Below are positions 34,275 through 45,250 of a DNA stretch of 64,000 bases, in pieces. The stretch's first letter is position 1. The number at the start of each line of letters is the position of its first letter. Origin of the DNA: a bacterium (GTDB taxonomy: Bacteria > UBA8248); contig CBDBEV010000001.1 in NCBI GenBank assembly GCA_965204535.1, positions 416,001 through 480,000 on the forward strand, read 5' to 3'. A model generated the notes under the pieces. The model was given only the letters and a program-made list of their open reading frames with translations. It ran no database searches and was not told the origin of the DNA. The position numbers and the translations under genes are program-made.

Positions 34275-35156
34275 TTATGTTGCCGCCCGGCGAGTTTTCG
34301 CCCGTTCCGACAATTCAAGCAACAAACGCAAGGGCTGTGAGAATTGCCCCAATCTATCCTGTTTGTACGGGACGCCGTGACAATCGGAGCCTCCTGTGCA
34401 CAAAAGCCCGTATTCTTCGGCCATTTTCCGGTAATGGCGCTGTGCGTCGGCGTCTTGCGAGGGATGTTCCACCTCGATGCCCGCGAGTCCCGCTTCTGCC
34501 ATGACCGGGATGAGCTCATCACACTCGCTCAACATCGGATGCGCCAGCGTGGCGGCTCCACCGGCGTCATGAATGAGCTCCAGCGCGTCAAACGGAGTCA
34601 GGGTATTCAACTCCACGTAGCAAGGCGCGCTTTCGCCGATGTATTTCCCAAAAACCTCCTCGCGCGATCTGGCGAACCCTTTTTCGAGCATGTATGCGCC
34701 CAACTGCCCCCGGGTGATGCTCGGACTGTCCGCATAGGCAGCGAAAAAATCCTCCTTGTCCAAACGCAGGCCGCAGCGGCCCAGCCTGTCGATCATCTCT
34801 CCCATTCTCTCCACCCTCGCGGAACCGCGCGTTTTGATTTGCGCCGCCAGACGGGGCGCATCCGGCCGGATGAAATGGCCGAGCAGGTGCACGCTCCGGC
34901 CGTCATGGTCGCAAGTGAACTCGATGCCCGGAATGAACTCCATCCCCAGTCTTTGCGCCTCCGCGCCCGCGCGGGACAAGCCCGCGACCGTGTCGTGATC
35001 CGTAAGCGATACGGCGCGAATGCCGGCGCGTTGCGCCCTGTGCATGAGTTTTTCGGGAGACTCCAGCCCATCGGACATATTCGAATGGGTATGAAGCTCC
35101 ACGACCTTTTCATCGGGAGAGAGGCCGTTGAAATGAAAGTCATGCGCCATCGACAC
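34275..35156 (-). CDS. PHP-domain phosphoesterase (TrpH/YciV-like)
   Basis: LHTHS..SDG, LTDHD, HLLG, LAHP, GGSDCH. Confidence 0.9.
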   Translation of the reverse strand: MSMAHDFHFNGLSPDEKVVELHTHSNMSDGLESPEKLMHRAQRAGIRAVSLTDHDTVAGLSRAGAEAQRLGMEFIPGIEFTCDHDGRSVHLLGHFIRPDAPRLAAQIKTRGSARVERMGEMIDRLGRCGLRLDKEDFFAAYADSPSITRGQLGAYMLEKGFARSREEVFGKYIGESAPCYVELNTLTPFDALELIHDAGGAATLAHPMLSECDELIPVMAEAGLAGIEVEHPSQDADAQRHYRKMAEEYGLLCTGGSDCHGVPYKQDRLGQFSQPLRLLLELSERAKTRRAAT

Positions 35157-35204
35157 GGATTCCTGGATGCGAGGGAAACGCCGGCTTCCGCCCGGCTCGA
35201 TGAA

Positions 35205-35279
<75 letters not shown>

Positions 35280-35507
35280 CTACATACGAACGATAGGGCC
35301 ATGCCGCCGACAGTGTCAAGGAAATGGAAGGTAAAATAATGCAAGCGGTAGGTAGTGTCTCACTTTGAAATTTGAAACCCCACCCTTCCCGTATTTGGCT
35401 CACTCGACTTACATGAAGTTCATTTTTCCTGATTCGCTCATCTAGTGCGCCGTTCGGAGTATGCGGCTCGCTCAGGCGGAAAGGGTGGAGTCAAAGAGCC
35501 ATCTTAC

Positions 35508-35728
35508 TTAATTCGCGGGAACCTTCCAACGCGCCGCCGCGCCGTTCTTTGCGATTTCTTTTCGGCGTTCGGGTGATAGTTTGGCGGCTCTAGCCTTACC
35601 GCCCTTGCGGGCGATTATCTGTGCTGGGGTTTGGGTTTCCGGTTATTTCACCTGTGGCGAGCTTCACAACCTTGACGGCGCAAACCACCGCGCCGCCTGG
35701 TCTTTTTTCCATCAGGGCCTGTAGACAT
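35508..35728 (-). pseudogene. Frameshifted small basic KGG-motif protein
   Basis: Three frames give MSTGPDGK / RPGGAVVCAVKVVKLATGEI / ARKGGKARAAKLSPERRKEIAKNGAAARW; ATG overlaps the upstream stop (TAATG). Confidence 0.65.
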
Positions 35729-36081
35729 TATCGCCCCTCTACTTTCTCACGAAATTCATCTAGAAATTCCACCTTCACCGAAATGCCTTCGAGCTTCCCG
35801 TCAACCAACTCGAGATGCTCTTCGATGCCATTGAAGCGTTGATCCACTGTCTCGAAATCCTCCGTCACCCCTTCCTCAAGTTTCTCGAAGCGCTGATCCA
35901 CTTTCTCGAAACCCTTCGCCACTTCCTTCTCGAGTTTCTCGAAGCGCTGATTCACTGTCTCGAAACGCTGATTCACTGTCTCGAAGCCATCCGCTACCTC
36001 ATTCTCAAGCTTCTCCAAGCGTTGATTCGTTTCTTTTGCGAGGGGGATGAGTTTTCCGATTTCTTCCTCAATATTCATCAA
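35728..36081 (-). CDS. Heptad-repeat coiled-coil protein
   Basis: Repeats FETVNQR/FEKVDQR/FEKLE encoded by tandem 21-bp DNA units. Confidence 0.65.
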   Translation of the reverse strand: MMNIEEEIGKLIPLAKETNQRLEKLENEVADGFETVNQRFETVNQRFEKLEKEVAKGFEKVDQRFEKLEEGVTEDFETVDQRFNGIEEHLELVDGKLEGISVKVEFLDEFREKVEGR

Positions 36082-36457
36082 GCAGTCCTCTATCTATTGG
36101 GCGTTTCATTGTGTCAAATCACGCCATATCTCGTCAAGGCCATTTTTGAACATTTGTTCAACAATCGTCTCTTTGCCCTATTTTCATAGCAGCATCATTG
36201 AATACATCAAAATCCACCTCACAATGTATTCCTTTTCATCTTCACTGTTGTCTCTTTTCTCCCCTGTGGTTTTTGAGTTGCTCTAAATTGCACCCGTATG
36301 CAGTTTTATGCACATGAATGCACGGCATGTCAGACGCTCTCTTTGGTCAAAAAAAGGCCCGCCATTGAATGTCGGTCCCATTTGTTCGGCACAAAAAAAA
36401 TGGTGTGGTTCAAGCTAGTTTTTCAAACTGAGACAGTTCCAAGCGGCAAACGCCTCG

Positions 36458-37306
36458 TTATCTCGCCAGCGTCCATTCCCGGTTTTCATACCGAGACCGG
36501 GATATTTCCAGCGCCCTCGCATTCTCGATACTCGTCAGCGCATCCGGGAGAAAGCGAAAACCCGACACTCTCTCCAAACCCGCCCTCAAGGCTTCGGCCA
36601 CCTCATGGAACGAAATTTCCTCGCCCAGAACCTCCCATAGACCTGCCGCGTGCGCATGGCCGGAGAGCAGACGCTCGACCCCCCTCGGTTTGAGGAGACT
36701 CGCCAGCCGCTCCTCCGAGGAGCGGAGCAGGACGCTGCCGTGCTGCAACACCGCGCCGCCCTCGCGGCATTGCGCGCTGCCCACCATCTTTTTCCCGTCA
36801 ATCGCAAGCTCCCACACCGACGCCGTGGCGAAACAAGAACCCTGCGAAGCGTACGCGCTCCCGCTCGGGGGAGCCAATTCGACCTGTGCCCCCAAGGCCG
36901 CCAGCCCTTCGGCCAGCCCCAGGCTGATCCTGCGGTAGGTTTCCTCAATCGCATCACCCAAAAGAGCCTGCGGGCCGGTGACGGAATACGTCAACTCACA
37001 ATCATGGAGCACCGCGCGCCCGCCGGTGAGCCTCCGGCAGATGTCGATTCCCTCATCGGCGAGTCGTTCCAGGAAAATATCGCGCCCGGCGTTCTGACCG
37101 CGGCCCAGGGAGATGGCCGGAGGCGACCAGGCGTAGACGCGAAAAGTGAGAGGCGCCTCCTCGGGAGGACGGCCTTCTCCCAGATGAGCCCGGCAACCCT
37201 CGAACAACAATTCATCCACCGCCATGTTCCAGGCGGCGGTGGACTCGCCCGTGTTCAAGAAGCGTGCGTGGGGGATTTCCTCGAGTTCAGAATTTGCGCT
37301 TTCCAT
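36458..37306 (-). CDS. Lipoate-protein ligase/octanoyltransferase (LipM/LplA family)
   Basis: NMAVDE, SLGRGQ, RRLTGGRAVLH, KMVGSAQ, LQHGS; follows gcvP. Confidence 0.88.
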   Translation of the reverse strand: MESANSELEEIPHARFLNTGESTAAWNMAVDELLFEGCRAHLGEGRPPEEAPLTFRVYAWSPPAISLGRGQNAGRDIFLERLADEGIDICRRLTGGRAVLHDCELTYSVTGPQALLGDAIEETYRRISLGLAEGLAALGAQVELAPPSGSAYASQGSCFATASVWELAIDGKKMVGSAQCREGGAVLQHGSVLLRSSEERLASLLKPRGVERLLSGHAHAAGLWEVLGEEISFHEVAEALRAGLERVSGFRFLPDALTSIENARALEISRSRYENREWTLAR

Positions 37307-37308
37307 TC

Positions 37309-40197
37309 TCAGGCATAGTTCTCGACAGGCAGGCAGGAGCAGACCAGGTTCCTGTCTCCATAGGGGTTGTTCACCCGCTTGACGGGGGGCCAGTACTTCG
37401 CCGCGCGCACCCAGGGCAGCGGGAAAACGGCTTTCTCGCGCGAATAGGGGTGCGCCCATTCATCGGACGCGATGTCCGACGCCGTATGGGGCGCGTTCTT
37501 GAGAGCGTTGTCCTCCGCGCTCATGAGTCCGTCCGCAATCTCCTGGATATCGCGCCTGATGTCGAGCATCGCGTCGCAGAAACGGTCCAGCTCTTCTCGC
37601 GACTCGCTCTCCGTCGGCTCGATCATCAGGGTTCCCGCCACCGGGAAAGACATCGTGGGCGCATGGAAGCCGTAGTCCATCAGGCGTTTTGCAATGTCTT
37701 CGTTCGTCACGCCCGAAGTTTCCTGCAAGGGCCTGATGTCGATGATGCACTCGTGCGCGACCATACCGTTCGCCCCCTTGTACAGAACCTCATAGTGGGG
37801 TTCGAGCCTTCGTGCGACGTAATTCGCGTTCAGAATGGCCACCTGCGTCGCCTTGACGAGGCCCTCCCCGCCCATCATGGCGATATACATCCAGGAGATG
37901 GGCAGAATTCCCGCGCTTCCCCAGGGCGCCGCTGAAATCGCATCCACACCCGTCTCCGGCCCGACGCCCGGAACCACCGAATGTTTCGGCATATAGGGGG
38001 ACAGATGCTTCACGACGCCGATGGGGCCCATGCCCGGTCCGCCACCGCCGTGGGGGATGCAGAACGTCTTGTGGAGGTTCATGTGGGAGACGTCGGGCCC
38101 GAATTCACCGGGCTTGCAGATTCCGACCAGCGCGTTCAGGTTCGCGCCGTCCATGTACACCTGCCCGCCGTTTTGATGGATGACCTCGCAAATCTCCACC
38201 ACGCCTTCCTCGAAAACGCCGTGCGTCGAAGGATAGGTGATCATCAAGGCGGCCAGTTTTTCCGAAAATTTCTCGGCCTTCTCCCTGAGATCCGCGATGT
38301 CCACGTTACCGTTCGAATCGCAATCGACCACCACCACCTCGAAACCGGCCATGACGGCGCTCGCGGGATTCGTCCCGTGGGCCGAACTCGGGATCAGGCA
38401 GATGTTCCGGTAACCCTCGTTTTTGCTCTCATGGTATTTGCGGATGACCAGCAGGCCGGCGTATTCGCCCTGCGCGCCCGAGTTGGGCTGCATGGAGATG
38501 GAATCGAACCCCGTGCACTCGGCCAGCATGTGTTCCAGATCGGCGATGAATTCGCGGTATCCGCGCACCTGTTCTTCCGGTGCGAAGGGGTGAATCCCGC
38601 CGAATTCCTCCCACGTCACGGGAATCATCTCGGTGGTGGCGTTCAGCTTCATCGTGCACGAACCGAGGGGGATCATCGAGCGCGTGAGCGCGATGTCTTT
38701 TTCCTGAAGGCGGTAGATGTAGCGCAGCATTTCATGTTCGGCGTGGTAGGAATTGAAAACGGGATGCGTCATGTAGGGAGAGGTTCTTCGCAAGGATTCC
38801 GGAATCCTCTCCGCCGCGTTCGCCTCGACGTCATCGAACGATAGTCCGGCCGAGCCGTCTTCGGCGAAAACCTCCCAGAGCGCTTCGACCTCTCCTCTCC
38901 CGGTGGTCTCATCCAAAGCGATACCGACGGTATCCTCATCGAGCGCTCTCAGGTTCATACGGCGCTCCGCCGCTTTTTCGACGATGCGGGCGGCGGCTCC
39001 CGCGCCGGCGCGCACCGCCACGGTGTCGAAAAAAGAATCCGACGCCAGGGCGTAGCCCATACTTTCCAGGCCATCGGCCAGCACGCCGGCCAAGCGGTGC
39101 GTTCTCCGGGCGATCCGCTTCACGCCGTCCGGTCCGTGGTAGACGCCGTACATGCTCGCGATGACGGCCAGAAGAACCTGGGCCGTACATATGTTGCTCG
39201 TGGCGCGCTCGCGGCGTATGTGCTGTTCTCTCGTCTGCAGGGACAGCCTCAGGGCGGGCTTTTCGTCCGCGTCGATCGAGACACCGACGATGCGGCCCGG
39301 CATGGCGCGCTTGTACTGCTCCCTGGTCGCCAGATAGGCCGCATGCGGCCCGCCGAAGCCGAGCGGAACGCCGAAACGCTGCGAATTGCCCACGACGACG
39401 TCCGCCCCGAATTCGCCGGGAGGCTTCAAAAGCGCCAGGGCGAGAATATCCGCAGCGACGACGACCAGGGCGTCCGTCTCGTGCGCCCTGGCCGTAAAAC
39501 CGGCGTAGTCGAATATCTCCCCGCCCGTTGCGGGATACTGAAGCAAAACGCCGAATACGTCCTCATCCAGCGCGCCGTCACGATGATCGCCCACCACGAC
39601 CTCGATATCCTGAGGCTCCGCTCTCGTGCGCACCACCTCGATGGTCTGGGGGTGACAGTCTTTCGAGATGAAAAACTTGCGCCCCTTGTTCCTGCTCGCA
39701 TTCATCACCATGGTCATGGCCTCGGCGGCGGCCGTGCCCTCATCGAGCAAGGAGGCGTTGGCGATCTCCATGCCGGTGAGGTCCATGATCATGGTCTGGA
39801 AATTGAGCAGCGCCTCCATGCGTCCCTGCGAGATCTCCGGCTGATAGGGCGTGTACGCCGTGTACCATCCCGGATTCTCCAGAATGTTGCGAAGAACCAC
39901 CGTCGGGGTGTGGCAATCCGAATACCCCATGCCGAGCATGGACTTGAAGACCTGATTTCGGGCCGCGAAAGAACCCAGATCGGCCAGGGCCCGCTGTTCG
40001 GTCCTGGGCGCGGCGAGATTCAGCTTCGTATTGGAGATGATGGATGAAGGGATGGCTTTTTCGACCAGATCGTCGAGGGAGTCCAGACCGATCACTCCCA
40101 GCATCGACGCAATGTCTTCATCGCTGGGCGCGATGTGGCGATGAATGAACTCTCCCCGATTCTCGAGATTCTCAAGAGACAAGCGAGATTCCGGCAT
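37309..40197 (-). CDS. gcvP: Glycine dehydrogenase (decarboxylating), single chain
   Basis: [45 protein letters not shown]. Confidence 0.98.
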   Translation of the reverse strand: MPESRLSLENLENRGEFIHRHIAPSDEDIASMLGVIGLDSLDDLVEKAIPSSIISNTKLNLAAPRTEQRALADLGSFAARNQVFKSMLGMGYSDCHTPTVVLRNILENPGWYTAYTPYQPEISQGRMEALLNFQTMIMDLTGMEIANASLLDEGTAAAEAMTMVMNASRNKGRKFFISKDCHPQTIEVVRTRAEPQDIEVVVGDHRDGALDEDVFGVLLQYPATGGEIFDYAGFTARAHETDALVVVAADILALALLKPPGEFGADVVVGNSQRFGVPLGFGGPHAAYLATREQYKRAMPGRIVGVSIDADEKPALRLSLQTREQHIRRERATSNICTAQVLLAVIASMYGVYHGPDGVKRIARRTHRLAGVLADGLESMGYALASDSFFDTVAVRAGAGAAARIVEKAAERRMNLRALDEDTVGIALDETTGRGEVEALWEVFAEDGSAGLSFDDVEANAAERIPESLRRTSPYMTHPVFNSYHAEHEMLRYIYRLQEKDIALTRSMIPLGSCTMKLNATTEMIPVTWEEFGGIHPFAPEEQVRGYREFIADLEHMLAECTGFDSISMQPNSGAQGEYAGLLVIRKYHESKNEGYRNICLIPSSAHGTNPASAVMAGFEVVVVDCDSNGNVDIADLREKAEKFSEKLAALMITYPSTHGVFEEGVVEICEVIHQNGGQVYMDGANLNALVGICKPGEFGPDVSHMNLHKTFCIPHGGGGPGMGPIGVVKHLSPYMPKHSVVPGVGPETGVDAISAAPWGSAGILPISWMYIAMMGGEGLVKATQVAILNANYVARRLEPHYEVLYKGANGMVAHECIIDIRPLQETSGVTNEDIAKRLMDYGFHAPTMSFPVAGTLMIEPTESESREELDRFCDAMLDIRRDIQEIADGLMSAEDNALKNAPHTASDIASDEWAHPYSREKAVFPLPWVRAAKYWPPVKRVNNPYGDRNLVCSCLPVENYA

Positions 40198-40304
40198 GAA
40201 TGCGCCCCTTCAGGTCATGGGGATTCAGGCGGACACTATATTTCCGCCCCGGCTCACGGGAGATGAAAACCCTCTTACAGAGTAAAGGGAAAGGCCGGTT
40301 CGGA

Positions 40305-40694
40305 CTAACCGCTTTCCTCCTCGACGTACGCCCGGTACGAATCGGCTTCCAGGAGATCGCTCAACTCCGACTCGTCTTTCATCTCCACGCGAATCATCCA
40401 GCCGTCTTCATAGGGCTCGGAGTTCACGAGCTCGGGCTGATCTTCGAGCGTGGTGTTCGCCTCGACGACGACGCCCGAGACCGGCGCGAAAAGGTCCGAT
40501 ACCGCCTTGACGCTCTCCACGACGCCGAACGTGTTGTTCGCCTCCACCTCCGTGCCGCCTTCGGGCAGTTCGACGTACACCACGTCTCCCAGTTCCGATT
40601 GGGCGAAATCCGTGATCCCGATCACCGCGATGTTTCCCTCTACTCTCACCCACTCATGCTCTCTGGAATATTTGAGGCCGCTCGGTAGTTCCAT
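40305..40694 (-). CDS. gcvH: Glycine cleavage H protein
   Basis: HEWV, GITDFAQ..LGD, VESVKA (lipoyl lysine). Confidence 0.98.
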   Translation of the reverse strand: MELPSGLKYSREHEWVRVEGNIAVIGITDFAQSELGDVVYVELPEGGTEVEANNTFGVVESVKAVSDLFAPVSGVVVEANTTLEDQPELVNSEPYEDGWMIRVEMKDESELSDLLEADSYRAYVEEESG

Positions 40695-40766
40695 GCTCCT
40701 GAATGCCTCCCTTTTGGATAACGGCAGCTTCTTATGAATCGTTATGAGAAAACCGAATTCATTCCG

Positions 40767-41876
40767 TCAGCTTTTCCTGTAAAAAGGCGTCTTCACAATC
40801 TGCGCCCTTCTGGCCTTGCCGCGAATGTCGATTTCGAGCGCGGCGCCCACATCCGCATTCGTCGCAGGAACGTAGCCTATCCCGATGGCTTTGCCAAGAG
40901 AGGGGCTCATCGTCCCGCTCGTCACCTCGCCGGCCACTTCGCCCTCGATCAGGATGGGCGCTCCATGACGAGGAATACCACGATCCACCATCTCGAATCC
41001 AACCAGTTTTCGCTTTATCCCCTCGGCCTTTAAGGCCAGCAGTTTCTCGCGGCCGATGAAATCCCCCGCCTTGTACTTCACCACCCAGCCGAGGCCCGCC
41101 TCGATTGGATGCGTGGACTCATCGATGTCGTTTCCGTACAGGGCGTATTTCATCTCGGTGCGCAGGGTATCCCGCGCGCCCAGGCCGCAGGGCTTGAGGC
41201 CATCGCTCCCGCCCTCGCTCATCAGCGCATCCCAGAGCGCGGGCGCATCGGCCGATTTGCAGTAGAGCTCGAAGCCGTCCTCTCCGGTATACCCCGTGCG
41301 GGAGACGAGAACTTCACACCCCGCCACGTCCTTATACTGCGCCCCGTAATAGGAGATGGCCGCAAGGTCCCCTCCGCCCGGAATCAGCTTCCCTAAAATA
41401 GCCTCGGCTTTGGGGCCTTGCAGGGCGAGGAGGCCCGTCTCCTCGCTCACGTTTTCGAACGCGCAGTCCTCGGTATGGCGGGAAGCCATCCACTCCCAGT
41501 CCTTTTCGATGTTGGCCGCGTTCACGACGGCCATGTAGCGCTCCTCTTCGAGCCGGTAGACCGTGAGGTCGTCCACGATTCCGCCCGCCTCCCGGCACAT
41601 GGCCGCATAGAGGACGCCGCCCACATCGAGCCGCTTGACGTTGTTCGTGACCATCTTGTGGATGAAGGCGCCCGCCTCTTTTCCGCGCGCTTCGAACTCG
41701 CCCATGTGGCTCACGTCGAACAGGCCGGCGGCTTCGCGCACCGCATGGTGTTCGTCGATCACGCCCGTGTACTGGACGGGCATCTCGTAGCCCGCGAAGG
41801 GAACCATCTTGGCGCCGGCGGCCTTGTGGGCTTCATGGAGGGAGGTTCTGCGCAGTTCCTGATCGGCGTTCGTCAT
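40767..41876 (-). CDS. gcvT: Glycine cleavage aminomethyltransferase T
   Basis: FDVSHMG, RTGYTGEDGFE, GLGARDTLR, TSG..SPSL. Confidence 0.98.
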   Translation of the reverse strand: MTNADQELRRTSLHEAHKAAGAKMVPFAGYEMPVQYTGVIDEHHAVREAAGLFDVSHMGEFEARGKEAGAFIHKMVTNNVKRLDVGGVLYAAMCREAGGIVDDLTVYRLEEERYMAVVNAANIEKDWEWMASRHTEDCAFENVSEETGLLALQGPKAEAILGKLIPGGGDLAAISYYGAQYKDVAGCEVLVSRTGYTGEDGFELYCKSADAPALWDALMSEGGSDGLKPCGLGARDTLRTEMKYALYGNDIDESTHPIEAGLGWVVKYKAGDFIGREKLLALKAEGIKRKLVGFEMVDRGIPRHGAPILIEGEVAGEVTSGTMSPSLGKAIGIGYVPATNADVGAALEIDIRGKARRAQIVKTPFYRKS

Positions 41877-42127
41877 GACGACCTCGCTCAGCGGCTGAAA
41901 TTACCGCCCTTCATGAGCCTTACCGTGTATCGGGATGAATTTCAAGAGGATTTTTCTTTACACGCAGAGTTCAATATCACCCATCATATCGACAAAAACA
42001 GGAGATCGCGAAAAATTTCCGAGCAATTTTCCTGGAAGCATCGCTCCCCGACGAATCCCACGAGGGGATTTTCAGGGGAATGATATGTTCCGTTGACGGC
42101 TTCTTTCTCTGACTGGGTTTTTCTCGC

Positions 42128-43082
42128 TCCCCCCTTGGGGGTCTGTTGAAAAACCCTGATTCAGGAGCGGGCGATATTGGGGTTACGCGGCGGTCCTCCT
42201 TCCTACCGCGCAGGTGGCCATAAAACCTCATCCTGAGTAGGCGCGAAAGCGCCGTATCGAAGGATGGGAAGCGTCTCCCAACGTGTGGGAGGGTATCCTT
42301 CGATACGCGGCTCCGCCGCTACTCAGGATGAGGCGGTGTGGTTTTGTTCGTCATTCCGGCGAAAGCCGGAATCCATTTTCGCCTTTGTCTTTGGGGCCTT
42401 TCGCCCGGACATTCTCTCTTCCGACCGGGGAAGATACGGACGCCGCCATATACATCCGCCTCATCCGTTCTGGATTCGGGCGCGGCGTTCCCTCCCGCGA
42501 GTCGGAATCAAATGCGAAAACGAAAACAAAAATCATAAAATGGATTCCGGCTTTCGCCGGAATGACGGTAGTCTTCCCACATCGAGGGACTTTTTCAACA
42601 GCCCCCTCAAGGGGGGAGTGAAATTCAAAAGCGTCGGCAAAACATAAACATCCCCCTCGCTCGGGTTTGCCCCTCCTGTAGGGACAGGCCCCCGTGCCTG
42701 TCCGTGGCCCTCGCGCCTTTCCTGTATCGGGGTGAATACGACCGACGGGCGGCCACAGGGGGCCGCCCCTACGGCCGCCATTCGAGGGGGCGCGCAGGAT
42801 TTTTCAACAACCCCTCGCGGGGGCATCGCTTTCAGCCCTCTTGTCAGGGGGGCTTTCTTTTTTTACCCCCCTGTCAAGGGGGGGGGGGTAGGGGGGGTTG
42901 GTTTTCGAGTCGAGGGCGAGCGGGTGGTATGGCGGATTACGCGGTGGTTCCCTTTTCTCCCACGCAGGCGGCCACAAAACCTCATCCCGAGTAGGCCCGA
43001 AGGGCCGTATCGAGGGAGCGCCTCTTCGACAGGCTCAGGAGAGGCCCTTCGATACGCGGCTTCGCCGCTACTCAGGGTGAGG
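42128..43082. repeat. Dense cluster of nested palindromic repeats and MITE ends
   Basis: TGTTGAAAAA/TTTTTCAACA ends (42137, 42606, ~42810), GTCATTCCGGCGAAAGCCGGAATCC pair, CATCCTGAGTAG..TATCGAAGG units in both orientations, GTAG REPs, CCCCCCTTG..GGGGG palindromes. Confidence 0.8.
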
Positions 43083-43230
43083 GGTGTAGGGCAACGGGTT
43101 TTGGCAGGGGCGGTTCGAGAACTTCGGGGTAATCCGGGAAAGCAGGTTTGCTCCGCAGCATCACCGAACCGGTTCGCGGCCCGAATCCTGTCGCACCGCT
43201 CATGCGTCGCGAGGTCGAGCCGGCAAACGC

Positions 43231-43670
43231 CTAGCGTTGATACTTGATGAACGGCGTGAGGTTCGCCACGCGATCGTAGAGCACCCGGGCGGTCTCGTTG
43301 AAGTCCTGCGTGAGCCAGTAAACCGACGGCGCGCCCCGCTCATCGGCCGCCTCATAGACCGCTTCGATCAGCGCGCGGCCTACGCCCCCGCCGCGAAAGG
43401 CGGGATCGGTGTAGAGGTCCTGGAGATAGCATACGTCCTCAAGCCGCCAGTTGTGCGGGTGAAAATGTAGTGGATCAGACCCGCCGCCTGCCCGTCCCTG
43501 AGTGCGAGCAGTCCGTTCTGCTGCGTGCGTGCCGGATCCAGAAGGCGGGCGAAGGTAGTCCGGTAGACCTCTTCGGGTACGCTGGATTCGTAGAACTCCA
43601 GATAAGCGGTCCACAGGCGGCGCCAATCGGATTCGTCGGCGGCGGCCAGGGAGCGAATGGTCAGCGTCAT
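43231..43670 (-). pseudogene. GNAT acetyltransferase split by a 1-bp frameshift near 43460
   Basis: MTLTIRSL..WRRLWTAYLEFY..GLIHYIF in one frame; HPHNW..CYLQDLY..RGGGVGRALI..YWLT in another. Confidence 0.8.
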
Positions 43671-44501
43671 GAGAACTCCTCATGCTGGCTCGGGAAGTAT
43701 AGCGGCAGGGAATTGTACGTTCGGGGTTCTGTCAGTCAAGCCGATTCTTTCGGGATCGTCCGCTCCGTTTGACACGACACGGACGCAAGACGCTACGCCG
43801 AGGCGCAGTTGACGAAGCGAAGCGTTTTCGATGATGCGGGAGGGCTGCCGGCAGGGCGCATCTCCCCGCAATTGCCGTCACGGGACCCGAGGAGAACTCA
43901 CCTAGAATATCGAAGCGGCCAGGCGCGTTCGACGAACCCGAATTTCTGAAAAATTCGATAAATTCCGATAAATTCACGGGGTTTTTCGATAAATCAGCCT
44001 CATCGGATATTCCGGGCCGTTCTCATCGGCGATGGAATCCGTATAACCCATTGATATCATGTCGGATATATGTCTCGTCCATATCTGCCGGAATTCGCCT
44101 TCCCCAACCCGTAATCAAGCCGAAAGCGGACTCGTTCAAACTCCAGCGCATCACGGCGGGCAATCGTCCGTGAGCGCTCGGGCCAATCATTCAGCCAGGC
44201 CGTAACAGCAGTTCCAGAACAGCGGCAGTTCGAGATACCGTTCACCACCAATCGCCGGGCATTCGCAGGGACGACTCGCGAAACAGGGCGCCGCGGCGTG
44301 AGCGGCATTGTTCCTTTTTTTCCGCAGCGCCTCGCTGCACGTTCTCCGGCGACCCTCGTTTTCCGGAAAACGCCCGTGATTTCAGGCTGAACCGATGAGC
44401 GACCCGCTCGCGGGAGCGGTCGCGGACTCTTCCCGGGTGTACCTTCCGCGCTAGAAACAACGATTGAACGGGCGCTCGTCCTTTCCTTATGTTCGCGCGC
44501 C

Positions 44502-45221
44502 ATGACCGCGTTCGACGACGATACCGGGGTTCCGCTGGACGAGCGGCTGCGCTGGAGCATTGCGCTCTGGCGCGCGCGCCGCGGGATGAGCGCGAGGCGC
44601 TTCGGGGTGGGCGCGCTGGGGGTTCCCGGCTTCGTGGGTCTGCAGGCCCGGGGGCGGCCCCTGCGGGTCGACACGGCGGACCGGGTGCTCGCGTTCATGG
44701 GGTATCCGCCCCTGGGACCGCTCCTTGTGGCCGAGGTCGAGGCGTTCCTCGCGGTGAGCGGGACCAAGGTCTCGATCCTGGGCGAGGAGACCGTGGGGAA
44801 TCCCTCCTTCGTGGGGAGGCTGCGCCGGGGCGCCTCGCCGTATCTCAAGACCTTCGACCGGGTGCGCGCCTGGATGGCGGCGGGCGCGACGGGAGAGGAG
44901 ATCCGCGCCATACGCGAGAGGCTCGCGGACTTGCCCGATCCGTTCGACGGGACGTGGGACGCCGCCGGGGAACCCGGCGCCGCGGGAGACGTCGATGAGC
45001 GCACGGAGGAGAACCACCTGAACACGCGGGAGGCGGCCGCCTGGCTCGGCCTCTCGCCCAAGACGCTGGAGCGCTACCGCGTGAGCGGAGAGGGGCCGGA
45101 TTTTCTTCGCACCGGATACCGGGTGCGCTACCTGCTCGAAGATCTCGAGAAGTGGGCCTCCGCCCGGAGGTGGACTTCCACGTCCGAGGAGAGAGCCGCC
45201 CGCAGAAAGAAGAGGCGGTAG
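44502..45221 (+). CDS. DNA-binding protein: two tandem Cro-like HTH repeats plus a C-terminal excisionase-type HTH
   Basis: Repeats GMSARRFG..G.PGFV..RGRPLRVDTADRV and GTKVSILG..GNPSFV..RRGASPYLKTFDRV; C-terminal LNTREAAAWLGLSPKTLERYRVSGEGPDF..VRY. Confidence 0.75.
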   Translation: MTAFDDDTGVPLDERLRWSIALWRARRGMSARRFGVGALGVPGFVGLQARGRPLRVDTADRVLAFMGYPPLGPLLVAEVEAFLAVSGTKVSILGEETVGNPSFVGRLRRGASPYLKTFDRVRAWMAAGATGEEIRAIRERLADLPDPFDGTWDAAGEPGAAGDVDERTEENHLNTREAAAWLGLSPKTLERYRVSGEGPDFLRTGYRVRYLLEDLEKWASARRWTSTSEERAARRKKRR

Positions 45222-45250
45222 AGAGATATTCGGGAGAAGACGGACGGACT

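Larger units (their letters stand above)
35351..36440. mobile_element. Non-autonomous IS1-like element carrying passenger ORFs
   Basis: 20-bp terminal inverted repeats (GGTAGTGTCTCACTTTGAAA vs revcomp GGAACTGTCTCAGTTTGAAA, 17/20) and flanking 8-bp direct repeat AAGCGGTA/AAGCGGCA; no transposase recognised. Confidence 0.75.

Noticed and set aside
41877-42120. Glycine riboswitch upstream of gcvT
   Set aside because: No recognisable GGAGA...CCGAAG...CTCAGG aptamer pattern on the minus strand.
42866-42898. G-runs as a functional G-quadruplex
   Set aside because: They belong to the CCCCCC-TGTCA-GGGGGG palindrome repeat family, and homopolymer lengths are unreliable.
42128-43082. Possible CRISPR array or small ORFs in the repeat cluster
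   Set aside because: The repeats are palindromic, of several families, in both orientations and irregularly spaced; no cas genes are present.
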